Below, one piece after another: positions 30,912 to 39,331 of a stretch of DNA of 64,000 bases; positions within the stretch are counted from its first letter, which is position 1; every line of letters starts with the position of its first letter. The translations under genes were made by a program, and so were the position numbers. Source of the stretch: Candidatus Aenigmatarchaeota archaeon (GTDB lineage Archaea; Aenigmatarchaeota; Aenigmatarchaeia; CG10238-14; SpSt-28); NCBI GenBank assembly GCA_032249395.1, contig JAVVFY010000003.1:28329-92328 (forward strand). The letters run 5' to 3'. Under the pieces are notes generated by a model. The model was not told where the DNA came from. It made no database searches and saw nothing but the letters and a program-made list of their open reading frames with translations.

Positions 30912-31553
30912 TCAAAACTTCTCTTCTTCAATTTTTCTAAAGCTATACTTATATGCCAAAAAGAAAACCATTATCATAGCAACTAATACCAAACCAAACT
31001 TAACATCTATTGGGCTAACTGTTGTTGTTATGGGTAATGGCACAATTTTAGAACTACCAACATTAAGGACTGATGGTGCATAAAAGTTTATAACTCCACT
31101 ACCAACTAAAGTAAAGGGATACACTCCACTTGTCACATTACAAGGAATTGAGGCAACTATTGCTATTGTTTTTGTTTCGTTAACATCTATGCTTATTTTT
31201 TCTGGATATCTTATCCATTTTGCTGCTTCTCCTATGACGCTCAAGCTAATATCTCCTTTTGTCCCTCCTATGTTACTTACAGAAGCAAATATAATATTGT
31301 CATTGCATGCTTTAACATCATAAATTTCTTTAATGTTAATAACTGGTACTTCTTTTTTAGTCAAACAAACTCCATACTTGCAACCATAAGGACAATAATC
31401 TAAAATTCTATAACCAACGCTTCCGTCTGATTCTCTCACTTTTACAATCACATAATTTCCTTCGCAAGTTTTTTCGATAATTTGAAAGCTATTCGCTAAA
31501 GCTACTTCAAACATTAGCAACGCTATCGCAATTAACAAAATTTTTTTGTTCAT
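30912..31553 (-). CDS. Secreted, C-terminally anchored hypothetical protein (beta-sandwich-like)
   Basis: The N-terminal signal is MNKKILLIAIALLMFEVALA. The CARDB-like motif SVSNIGGTKGDISLSV is present. The C-terminal TM segment is FGLVLVAMIMVFFLAY. Confidence 0.5.
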   Translation of the reverse strand: MNKKILLIAIALLMFEVALANSFQIIEKTCEGNYVIVKVRESDGSVGYRILDYCPYGCKYGVCLTKKEVPVINIKEIYDVKACNDNIIFASVSNIGGTKGDISLSVIGEAAKWIRYPEKISIDVNETKTIAIVASIPCNVTSGVYPFTLVGSGVINFYAPSVLNVGSSKIVPLPITTTVSPIDVKFGLVLVAMIMVFFLAYKYSFRKIEEEKF

Positions 31554-31600
31554 GATTAATTATTGAAGCGAAAAGCTTAAATATCTTTACTAACTAGTGA

Positions 31601-32803
31601 CTAAGGAGTAAACCATTCTATTTCATAATATTTGTGTTCTGAACCAGGCAATTCTATTCTATTAGCCAAATAATATGTTACGCTTGTTTCCCTATCGTTT
31701 ATAGCAATTAGCAATCTTAGTCCAAGCTCGTCAGCTCTATCCAAAGCGCTAGCAAGCATCTTCCCGCTTAAACTTTCATCTTCATTAAGAGAAATTATTA
31801 GAAAAGAAGGATCGTCTTTTTTTGGTTTCTCAACTTGATTCCCAGCTTTTCTGTGCCACGCAACAAAATCTATCGGAGTTCTCTCTTTTAAATAGTCTTC
31901 CTTCTTCATTCCTGGAATTGCCATTATAAAAGTTTTTCTCACGCTATGAGCTACTCTAATTGCTCTTGACCATTCGCTCATTGGCATGCTAATTTCTTTT
32001 GGAAACACGTGAATGACATGCTTAGAATGTTGCCATTCTTTTTTTGTTCCAACCGGCTTTGCTCCGGGAAAATAAATTCTAAAATGAGTTCCAAATTTAA
32101 AACCAGTTTTCAAAATAAAACCTTTATCTCTCCAATCCTCGTAAACTTCTAGCATTCTAGATGCAAAAGGTATCCTTTGTTCAACTTCTTTTAGTACCTC
32201 TTCGAAGCTCATTTTTTTGTTAGAAGATACATCTATCACTTCTACTCCCTTTTTTGAAAGATATAAAGTTTCAATAGCATCCAAAGTTAAACAATTCCCT
32301 CTTTCAATATTCTTATAAACACCCCATTGACCAAACCAGTAATCCTCAAAAAATTTTCTTGCTTCTCTTCCAAAAGCTAAAGAATAACATTCTTCTCTCA
32401 TGAAAAATATCTGAAAATTTATTTGAAGGGAAATTTTATTTGAAGGATATTTTTTGATTGGACTCTTCCCAAAGTTTTTCATTGTAATCCTTTCAGGAAA
32501 TGTTATAAAAAGTCCTCTATCTTTCCAATCTCTAAACACATTATACCTAACAAAGAAATGGTTAGAATAAAATCTTTGAAAAATAGTTGAAAGAGAAACT
32601 TCCTTATTACCTTCAAAAACGCTAGCCTTTCTTATGTTAGCAAGGTAAAAAACTTCTATGGGATGTAAGTAGATTTTATTTCCTTTCACCTCTCCAATAA
32701 AACTTTCCTCTAGTTCTTTGTTTTGAGAAAATGCTTTACCATCTTCAAAATAAATCCTTATCTCCTCTCTCTCAAACTTCATTTTATATCCCTTAATACG
32801 CAA
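31601..32803 (-). CDS. endA: tRNA-splicing endonuclease, long multi-unit form (400 aa)
   Basis: The catalytic-unit signature is EDWRDKGFILKTGFKFGTHFRIYFPG...HSKHVIHVF...AIRVAHSVRKTFIMA. An N-terminal EndA-like unit ends in FRDWKDRGLFITF. An additional C-terminal unit of about 100 aa follows. Confidence 0.75.
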   Translation of the reverse strand: MRIKGYKMKFEREEIRIYFEDGKAFSQNKELEESFIGEVKGNKIYLHPIEVFYLANIRKASVFEGNKEVSLSTIFQRFYSNHFFVRYNVFRDWKDRGLFITFPERITMKNFGKSPIKKYPSNKISLQINFQIFFMREECYSLAFGREARKFFEDYWFGQWGVYKNIERGNCLTLDAIETLYLSKKGVEVIDVSSNKKMSFEEVLKEVEQRIPFASRMLEVYEDWRDKGFILKTGFKFGTHFRIYFPGAKPVGTKKEWQHSKHVIHVFPKEISMPMSEWSRAIRVAHSVRKTFIMAIPGMKKEDYLKERTPIDFVAWHRKAGNQVEKPKKDDPSFLIISLNEDESLSGKMLASALDRADELGLRLLIAINDRETSVTYYLANRIELPGSEHKYYEIEWFTP

Positions 32804-33201
32804 TCTATTGGCATATCTATCATAATTTTACACAAAAGATCTATTGTTTGATTTAAAGTGGGGTTTTTTATTTCTCTAGAACCTTTTAAGCTCTCTATTT
32901 TTAAATAGTCTTCATTAGATTGATTTTCTACTAGATATACTTTATAGTTTATTGTTAAGTTATCTAGATAAGACCTTATTTCACTATTTGGAGAAGTGTA
33001 GTTTAAATAAATTATAGTATAGCCTTGAGATATTGCCAAAATTCTTTGGTTTTCACTGAGAAAAGAAATTTTCCTTTCCTTAGGTAGTTCTTGATCTTTA
33101 TTAGTTGGGGTATAATATCCTTGTATAAATGCATATGCAAAGCTAGATAGAACCATCACAAATATAAGTAAATATCCTATTGTTTTCTTATCAACTTTCA
33201 T
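32779..33201 (-). CDS. Hypothetical protein with an N-terminal transmembrane helix
   Basis: The TM segment is IGYLLIFVMVLSSFAYAFI. The ORF overlaps the endA start by 25 nt. Confidence 0.4.
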   Translation of the reverse strand: MKVDKKTIGYLLIFVMVLSSFAYAFIQGYYTPTNKDQELPKERKISFLSENQRILAISQGYTIIYLNYTSPNSEIRSYLDNLTINYKVYLVENQSNEDYLKIESLKGSREIKNPTLNQTIDLLCKIMIDMPIDCVLRDIK

Positions 33202-33250
33202 AAAAGACTCTTTTTCAACAAAATTAAAAATTATAACTTCATCAATTTAT

Positions 33251-34192
33251 ATGGTATTAGAAAGTTTAGTTTCTATAAAAGAAGGAATAAGAAATCCTTG
33301 GAAAGTCTTCTACCTTTCTTCAGTAGTTTCTTTAGTTTCTTTTGTAATTTCTTTCATCATATTCAAGCAAGATGTTGGGTTATATGCAGTAATACTAACT
33401 ACATTGGGATTAACTCCATTCATGACAAAGCTAAATATTTATGAAGCAAAGAAAAGTGAAGTCAAAAGAAGTATGGACATTGAAAATATGCTGTTTTACT
33501 ACGCAAAAGATAAGGGTTCTATATTAAAATTAGCTATAATATCATTCTTACCATTTTTAATAGCAGCCTTTATTCTAAATAATCTACAAAGCTTAATAAT
33601 TTTGATATCTCTATACATTGGAATTTTCTTAATTTTTTCTCTAATTTTCTTCTCAATTTACAAAGAGATTATAATTTCTTTTGTTGCAATTTTTGCTGGA
33701 ATGGTTTTGACTTTTTCAATTCTTTACTTGCTATTGCCAGCGGAAATTGCAGAAAAAACTTTTAAAACACAAATAGAAGAAATAAAGGCAATAAGAGGTT
33801 ATTTTTCGTTTGGAGGAACCTTTCAGACAATATTCATTAACAACGTGGGTGTTTTATTTTTATCTTTTGTTTTTTCTTTCGTTTATGGATCTGGTGCAAT
33901 ACTAATACTTGCTTGGAATGCATCCATACTTGCGACAGCAGCAAGTATGATGACTAAAAGCTTAGGAGGAAGTTACACGCTCCCTATAGCTTTAGCATCA
34001 TATTTACCGCATGGCAGTCTAGAAATTGTTGCCTATTTTCTTGCTGCTATGGCTGGAGGAATTATTTCTTATCACTTAATGAAAGAGAAGGGAATAAAAA
34101 CAGTTTTAGAAGATTGTTTATTCTTGCTTTCTCTTGGAGTTTTGTTCGTATTGTTAGGAGCTATAGTAGAAACGGCTGCAATTTTAGGTTAG
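33251..34192 (+). CDS. Polytopic membrane protein, SpoIIM/DUF95-like
   Basis: There are several hydrophobic segments. The C-terminal motif YLPHGSLEIVAYFLAAMAGG is typical of the family. Confidence 0.5.
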   Translation: MVLESLVSIKEGIRNPWKVFYLSSVVSLVSFVISFIIFKQDVGLYAVILTTLGLTPFMTKLNIYEAKKSEVKRSMDIENMLFYYAKDKGSILKLAIISFLPFLIAAFILNNLQSLIILISLYIGIFLIFSLIFFSIYKEIIISFVAIFAGMVLTFSILYLLLPAEIAEKTFKTQIEEIKAIRGYFSFGGTFQTIFINNVGVLFLSFVFSFVYGSGAILILAWNASILATAASMMTKSLGGSYTLPIALASYLPHGSLEIVAYFLAAMAGGIISYHLMKEKGIKTVLEDCLFLLSLGVLFVLLGAIVETAAILG

Positions 34193-37005
34193 ATTGAAAA
34201 ATAAATAGCCGGCTTGAAAGGTTCTGCTTTTTTTGCTTTTTCTAATCCACTCCTTTCTTCAAAAGTAATTATTATCTTTGCTCCAGCCTCTTTCTCCAAA
34301 ATTTCCCTTGCCTCTTCTAAAAGCTTAACTTCTTCTTTCCTTGATAGAATTTTTAATGATTCCCTTTCTCTTTCAATCTTCTTATAGAACTTCGCAACCA
34401 TTTCTTTTTCTTCTGGCCCAAAATTTTCTAGTAAGCTCTTTAATTCAACCTTTTCTCCTCTCACGATTTTTCTAACCAAATCAAATTTCCATTTGGCAGC
34501 AATTATTATATCTACTTCTTTTGGAGCTCCTCCAGCCAATTTCTTTACTTGCTTTATGTCTTCTATTAAAGATTTTATGTATTCTTCACCTAAAATTGCT
34601 TTCTCATCAACTCTTTTAAACCTTGGTAAACCTTCTTGAAATACAAACTTCTTTCCACCGAGCATTCTCCAAAACTCCTCAGACAAATGTGGAATTAGAG
34701 GAGAAACCAATATTACAAATTTCTTTAAAACATCTTTCATTATCTTTCCGTTACCGTTTTTAATATCCCCTACCCTTTTAAAATACCACTCTAAATCGTT
34801 TAAAAATTCGAAAAATAAAAGTTGAGTAGACGTTCTAAACTTAAGATTTTCGTAGGCGTTTATAACGTCTTTACCTATTTTATTTATTTTGGCCAACAAA
34901 AATCTATCAACATTTCTATTTTTCTTAGATTTCATTCTTTTCAACGACTTAATGAGAGAAAATAAAAAATTCAGCCTCTCTAAAAATACCTTAACATTTT
35001 CTCCTCTCCAATCAGCGTCGCTTAATCCTTCAGCTGAAGAGATTATATTTATTCTTGTTAAATCGCTCCCGAATTCCTCTAACAAACGAAATAGAGGAAT
35101 TATGTTTCCTTTGCTTTTGCTCATTTTTTCTCCCGCAATATTAACAAAACCATTTACAGCTATTGCTTTAGGCCAATATTTTTTATTCCAAATTGCAGTA
35201 TGATGAAAAAGATAAAATGTTAAATGATTCTGAACTAAATCTTTTGCGGATGACCTTAAATCTACAGGATAAAAGTATTCAAACTCTTCCCTCATCTTTT
35301 TCAAAAGACTTTCTTTAATTCCATATCTCTTAGCTATTTTATTACAATTACCTTTTCCTAAGAATATGAAATCGAAGACTTCGTCACTCAATTTATCTGC
35401 TGGTATATTTTTCAAATGATGGAAAATTGTATAGAAAGCCATGTATATGGTTGAATCGCTTAAAGTTTCAATAATCCATTCTTTATCCCATGGTAACTTT
35501 GTTCCTAATCCTGTTTTTCGGGCGCAAGCTTTGTTTTCTAACCAATCAACAGTATTTATAAATTGTTGTCTTATTTCTTCTGGATAAAACTTCATCATAT
35601 TTATGCATTCTTTAACTTTTTTCTTCCATTCCTCATCAGAAAATTTTAAGAACCATTGATTCTCTAGTATCTTTACGTGACATCTTGTATTACATCTACA
35701 AACCACTAAACCTGTGGTTTCCCAAATAAAATCTAAAGCATTAATCGCTTTTAATAATTCAACGGTTTTCTCTTTTGCTTCTCTAACTGGTAAGTCTTTA
35801 AATTTGTCTACAATCATCTTTCCTTTGTGAAACTCTCTCTTGTAAACTTCTTGAGTAGCCAATTCTAATTTTTCGAATTGCTCTTGATTTTCTATATTAT
35901 AAGCTTTACAAGCTTCTTCGGCCGGAATACCCTTGTAATCTTCCAGTTCTATTATCTTCTTTGGTTTAATTTTCTCTATGTTTAATTCTTTTCCAATTTC
36001 ACTCTTTTTCAAATCTTCTAAAGCAATAAAATCGTAAGGAGCATGAGCAGGCACAGACATAACAATCCCTGTACCAAATTCTAAATCTATAAATTTCGCA
36101 GGCAATATTGGTACTTTCTCTCTTGTTACAGGATTTTCTGTTAGTTTACCAACCAAAGAGCTTGAGTTTATTTTTTCTAATTCTTCAACGCTTCTTAACT
36201 GATCTCTTAATTTTTCTACAGTCTTTTTGCTAACTATCCACTTTTCTCCATTTACTTTTGCTAATACATATTCTTCATTAGGTTTAATCCAAATGTTTGT
36301 AACACCGAAAATAGTTTCTGGTCTTAAAGTAGCACATGGTAAAATTTCCCCGCTATCTAGCCTGAATTTTATTACGTAAAACTGAATCGGACTTTCCCCT
36401 TCTCCTTTCAACCTATCATGATCCCCAGTTGGGCTTTGGCAATGTGGGCACCATATTACCGGATGAGTTCCTTGAACAACATAGCCTTTCTTTCTTAAAG
36501 TATTATATTGCCATTCAATGAATTTGTTGTAATGAGGAGTAATAGCAGTTATGAATGTTCTTCTCCAATCTATACTCATTCCGCATCTTCTCAAGTCTTC
36601 TATCCATCTATTCATCCAGTATTTAGCAACAAATTCTGGTCCTTTCTCAACAAAATTTTTTATATCTTCGTCGCTTGCCCCAAAAAGTTTAAAAGTTTCT
36701 ATTTGCGTTTCGTCATTTTGTTTAATTCTCTCTATAACACCCAATATAGGCTCTCCTGTGGCATGAAAGCCTTGAGGAAAAAGAACGTTAAAGCCTTGTA
36801 GTCTTTTGAATCTTGCAAAAGAATCAGCCCTAAAAAAAGAAAATGTATGACCAATATGAGGTGCCCCATTTACGTAGGGATATGGAAATGTTACGAAAAA
36901 CTTTTTTCTTTTATTATCAACATTTGCTTCGAAAACTTTTGTTTTTTCCCATTTTTTTTGCCATTTCTCTTCTATTTTTTTGATTTCTTCAAAAGTCAAA
37001 TTCAT
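34189..37005 (-). CDS. leuS: Leucyl-tRNA synthetase (archaeal type)
   Basis: The HIGH motif is PYVNGAPHIGH and the KMSKS motif is present as KMSKSKGN. Its length of 938 aa and overall layout fit. Confidence 0.9.
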   Translation of the reverse strand: MNLTFEEIKKIEEKWQKKWEKTKVFEANVDNKRKKFFVTFPYPYVNGAPHIGHTFSFFRADSFARFKRLQGFNVLFPQGFHATGEPILGVIERIKQNDETQIETFKLFGASDEDIKNFVEKGPEFVAKYWMNRWIEDLRRCGMSIDWRRTFITAITPHYNKFIEWQYNTLRKKGYVVQGTHPVIWCPHCQSPTGDHDRLKGEGESPIQFYVIKFRLDSGEILPCATLRPETIFGVTNIWIKPNEEYVLAKVNGEKWIVSKKTVEKLRDQLRSVEELEKINSSSLVGKLTENPVTREKVPILPAKFIDLEFGTGIVMSVPAHAPYDFIALEDLKKSEIGKELNIEKIKPKKIIELEDYKGIPAEEACKAYNIENQEQFEKLELATQEVYKREFHKGKMIVDKFKDLPVREAKEKTVELLKAINALDFIWETTGLVVCRCNTRCHVKILENQWFLKFSDEEWKKKVKECINMMKFYPEEIRQQFINTVDWLENKACARKTGLGTKLPWDKEWIIETLSDSTIYMAFYTIFHHLKNIPADKLSDEVFDFIFLGKGNCNKIAKRYGIKESLLKKMREEFEYFYPVDLRSSAKDLVQNHLTFYLFHHTAIWNKKYWPKAIAVNGFVNIAGEKMSKSKGNIIPLFRLLEEFGSDLTRINIISSAEGLSDADWRGENVKVFLERLNFLFSLIKSLKRMKSKKNRNVDRFLLAKINKIGKDVINAYENLKFRTSTQLLFFEFLNDLEWYFKRVGDIKNGNGKIMKDVLKKFVILVSPLIPHLSEEFWRMLGGKKFVFQEGLPRFKRVDEKAILGEEYIKSLIEDIKQVKKLAGGAPKEVDIIIAAKWKFDLVRKIVRGEKVELKSLLENFGPEEKEMVAKFYKKIERERESLKILSRKEEVKLLEEAREILEKEAGAKIIITFEERSGLEKAKKAEPFKPAIYFSI

Positions 37006-37157
37006 TAGATAAATTTTAATTGCAAGTTTAAAACTTTATTTCCTACTTTCTATTCGGAAATAGATCTTCAAAAATTTATTAATTTTGAAAGTAAGATTAA
37101 AAAAGATAAAACTAGAAAATATCTAAATGTTTTCTGATGCCGCTCTATCCAACTTGA

Positions 37158-37269
37158 GCCCCCGTAAATTGGGGAAAGCTCAGCTTGGATAGAGCGGCAC
37201 CCTTCTATCGAGAAGGTTTGACAAAAGGATGAAAGGTGACGGTCGCGGGTTCAAATCCCGCCGGGGGCG
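37158..37269 (+). tRNA. tRNA-Arg (anticodon TCT) with a 26-nt intron at 37/38 and an extra 11-nt insert between the acceptor and D stems
   Basis: The acceptor is GCCCCCG (37158-64) paired with CGGGGGC (37262-68). The D arm is GCTC-AGCTTGGATA-GAGC (37178-95). The anticodon stem is GCACC paired with GGTGA, and the loop is CTTCTA^A. The intron spans 37208-37233, and its AGAAGG pairs with CCTTCT, which covers the anticodon. The T arm is GCGGG-TTCAAAT-CCCGC. The mature length would be 75 nt. Confidence 0.75.
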
Positions 37270-37420
37270 CTCCTGGAAAACGTTCATCGCCCAACCACCT
37301 CATTTAAATAACCTTCACTCATTTTCGCCTATGAGAGTTGAAGAAGAAAAATTCAAGAAAATTGTTGAGAAAAGGCTAGAGAAAATAAACAATGATTCAA
37401 GCATAAATCAAAATATTTGG

Positions 37421-37846
37421 TTAATATTCATTATCTTTACTCATTTCTTCTAATTCTTCATCTAAAATTTTTAAAAGTTCTTGTAGGTTCATGTCTTTCC
37501 TAAGTTTACTATACTTCGATAATGATAATGCCTCTTTCATACTAATTAATGAGCTTAACTCGCGAATCTGTCTATCCAGATTGGACATTAAAATAACTTC
37601 TTTAAAACCTTCTGATAATTCTTCACTTAAAGGGAAGCGTTCTCGAAATTTCTCGTATACAAGGGGAGGAAAATTATAATTATAATTTTCACGAAGATAC
37701 TTATAAGCTCCATTCTCACTGTAGGCTATTGAGAAAACGTCCTTAAGAGTAATATAGGGTATCTTCCAATATTCTATTAAATCTTTTATAATAGAGATTG
37801 CTCTAGTTGTATATAATTCCATAAGAAACTTTTTAAATTCGTCCAT
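37421..37846 (-). CDS. Hypothetical protein
   Basis: A 141-aa ORF in an otherwise unoccupied region. I recognised no motif. Confidence 0.35.
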   Translation of the reverse strand: MDEFKKFLMELYTTRAISIIKDLIEYWKIPYITLKDVFSIAYSENGAYKYLRENYNYNFPPLVYEKFRERFPLSEELSEGFKEVILMSNLDRQIRELSSLISMKEALSLSKYSKLRKDMNLQELLKILDEELEEMSKDNEY

Positions 37847-38056
37847 ATCTATTATTATTTTATTATTTTATAATGTTATTTAAATTAGTAACACTAACAT
37901 AAAGCAACACTATTCTGTCTATAAGGATAAAAGCTGGGGTCACTTTTCCAATTTCATAATACTAACTTTTATCCTCTAAATTTTAGTATCTTTGGAATTT
38001 GTTGCAACTTAACAAAAATTCTATATTTTAAATACTTTTCCAATCCAACTGCTATT

Positions 38057-38311
38057 GTGGTAGAGAAAATATTAATAGGAGAACTCACTCATTACTACCA
38101 AAAAATTGGAGTTGCAGTAGTTGAGTTTCAAGAAAGACTTTCCAAAGGAGATAGAATAGAAATGGAAGGGAAAAACAACAAAATTGACGCAGACAGCAAC
38201 CTCAATGCAACTAAATTATGTTGATATAGATGTTGCAGAAGAGGTCAATCAATAGGACTGAAAGTAGCGGAAAGAGTGGGGGCTAAAGTTTACAAAATTG
38301 TAGAATGGTAA
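38057..38311 (+). pseudogene. Disrupted gene for a small EF-Tu-domain-II-like beta-barrel protein ('translation elongation factor-like' family)
   Basis: From GTG 38057, frame A reads VVEKILIGELTHYYQKIGVAVVEFQERLSKGDRIEMEG. The family-like middle, GKTTKLTQTATSMQLNYVDIDVAEE, is in the +1 frame from about 38169. The end, GQSIGLKVAERVGAKVYKIVEW*, is back in frame A. Frame A itself hits TGA at 38222-38224. Confidence 0.45.
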
Positions 38312-38567
38312 AGCTAAAAAACGAATAGTAAAGTTTTTAAATACTCTATACAATAAATATAATGCAAACGGCCCCAAGAAAGTGTACATTTAATTCTAAA
38401 ATTTTAAATATTGATTACTTGGGGCCATAAGGGATGATCCTAAAAAACTTCCAACGAGTGGGGACCTAAACGAAGTAGATGTTTGCGATTTATGTGGTAA
38501 TGAAACAGAAGATTATTCAATCGTAGATGGGTTAGTTGTCTGTGAAAGCTGTAAAGAAAACTTCGAA

Positions 38568-38879
38568 ATGAAAGTAGAAGAAGAGTATACTTCAGATATT
38601 TGTGCTTTATGTGGGTGGCCTATAAATAAACCAATAACAAAAAAAGAGGCAGCAAAACTTATTAGTGGTATTATTGATTGGTTAAATAACAATAAGAGTC
38701 TTACAAAAAATTTAGAGAAAAAAATAGAAAAATTTGGTAAAGGAGAATTGTACATTTGTAGATACGATTTCTTCTACCTAATTAAAGACATTATCGAATG
38801 CGAAAATGAAGAAATAGCCAAGAAGTTTGAGAACGAACTAGCTTCAAAGTACGAGTTCTACGGAGGAATAATAAGTTAA
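38568..38879 (+). CDS. Hypothetical protein. The ORF is open upstream of its ATG through a zinc-ribbon-like segment.
   Basis: The track ORF is 103 aa. The same frame is open back to about 38416 and there encodes VCDLCGNETEDYSIVDGLVVCESCKENFE, but I could find no ATG, GTG or TTG in that stretch. Confidence 0.4.
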   Translation: MKVEEEYTSDICALCGWPINKPITKKEAAKLISGIIDWLNNNKSLTKNLEKKIEKFGKGELYICRYDFFYLIKDIIECENEEIAKKFENELASKYEFYGGIIS

Positions 38880-38912
38880 TATTTCTAACAAACTAACAAA
38901 AAATTATCTAAT

Positions 38913-38986
38913 GCCCTGGTAGCTCAGCATGGTAGAGCACCTCACTGGTAATGAGGGGGTCGCGGGTTCGAATCCCGCCCAGGGCT
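38913..38986 (+). tRNA. tRNA-Thr (anticodon GGT)
   Basis: The sequence reads GCCCTGG TA GCTCAGCATGGTAGAGC A CCTCA CTGGTAA TGAGG GGGTC GCGGGTTCGAATCCCGC CCAGGGC T. Length 74 nt. Confidence 0.9.
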
Positions 38987-39085
38987 TTTAAATATTTTTT
39001 AAGACTATAGCTATTTTGAAAAACTTAAAAGCTCGAAAGGCTTAAAAATAAATGTGTGGAAATTATATAACATCGAGGTGTCATT

Positions 39086-39331
39086 GTGAAGAAAGAAATA
39101 GATGTTTCTAAGCATGAATTAGTACCAAAACACGAAATAGTTAGCGAAAAGGAAAAAGAAGAACTAATAAAGAAGTATGGAAGTATAAAGAATTTTCCTA
39201 GAATTTTGTCGACAGATCCTCAAGTAAAATTATTAAATGCAAAACCAGGAGATGTTATAAAAATAAGAAGGTATAATGATGTAACGGGAGAATCAATATA
39301 CTATAGAGTAGTTGTAGAGGTGAAAGAATAA
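39086..39331 (+). CDS. rpoH: RNA polymerase subunit H (Rpo5)
   Basis: The sequence HELVPKHEIVSEKEKEELIKKYGSIKNFPRILSTDPQVKLLNAKPGDVIKIRR fits RpoH. It has a GTG start and is the first gene of the conserved cluster. Confidence 0.9.
   Translation: MKKEIDVSKHELVPKHEIVSEKEKEELIKKYGSIKNFPRILSTDPQVKLLNAKPGDVIKIRRYNDVTGESIYYRVVVEVKE

Noticed and set aside
37229-37453. The 74-aa ORF beginning inside the tRNA-Arg
   Set aside because: It starts within the tRNA's intron and T-arm region and overlaps the convergent 141-aa ORF. The tRNA structure explains this sequence better.
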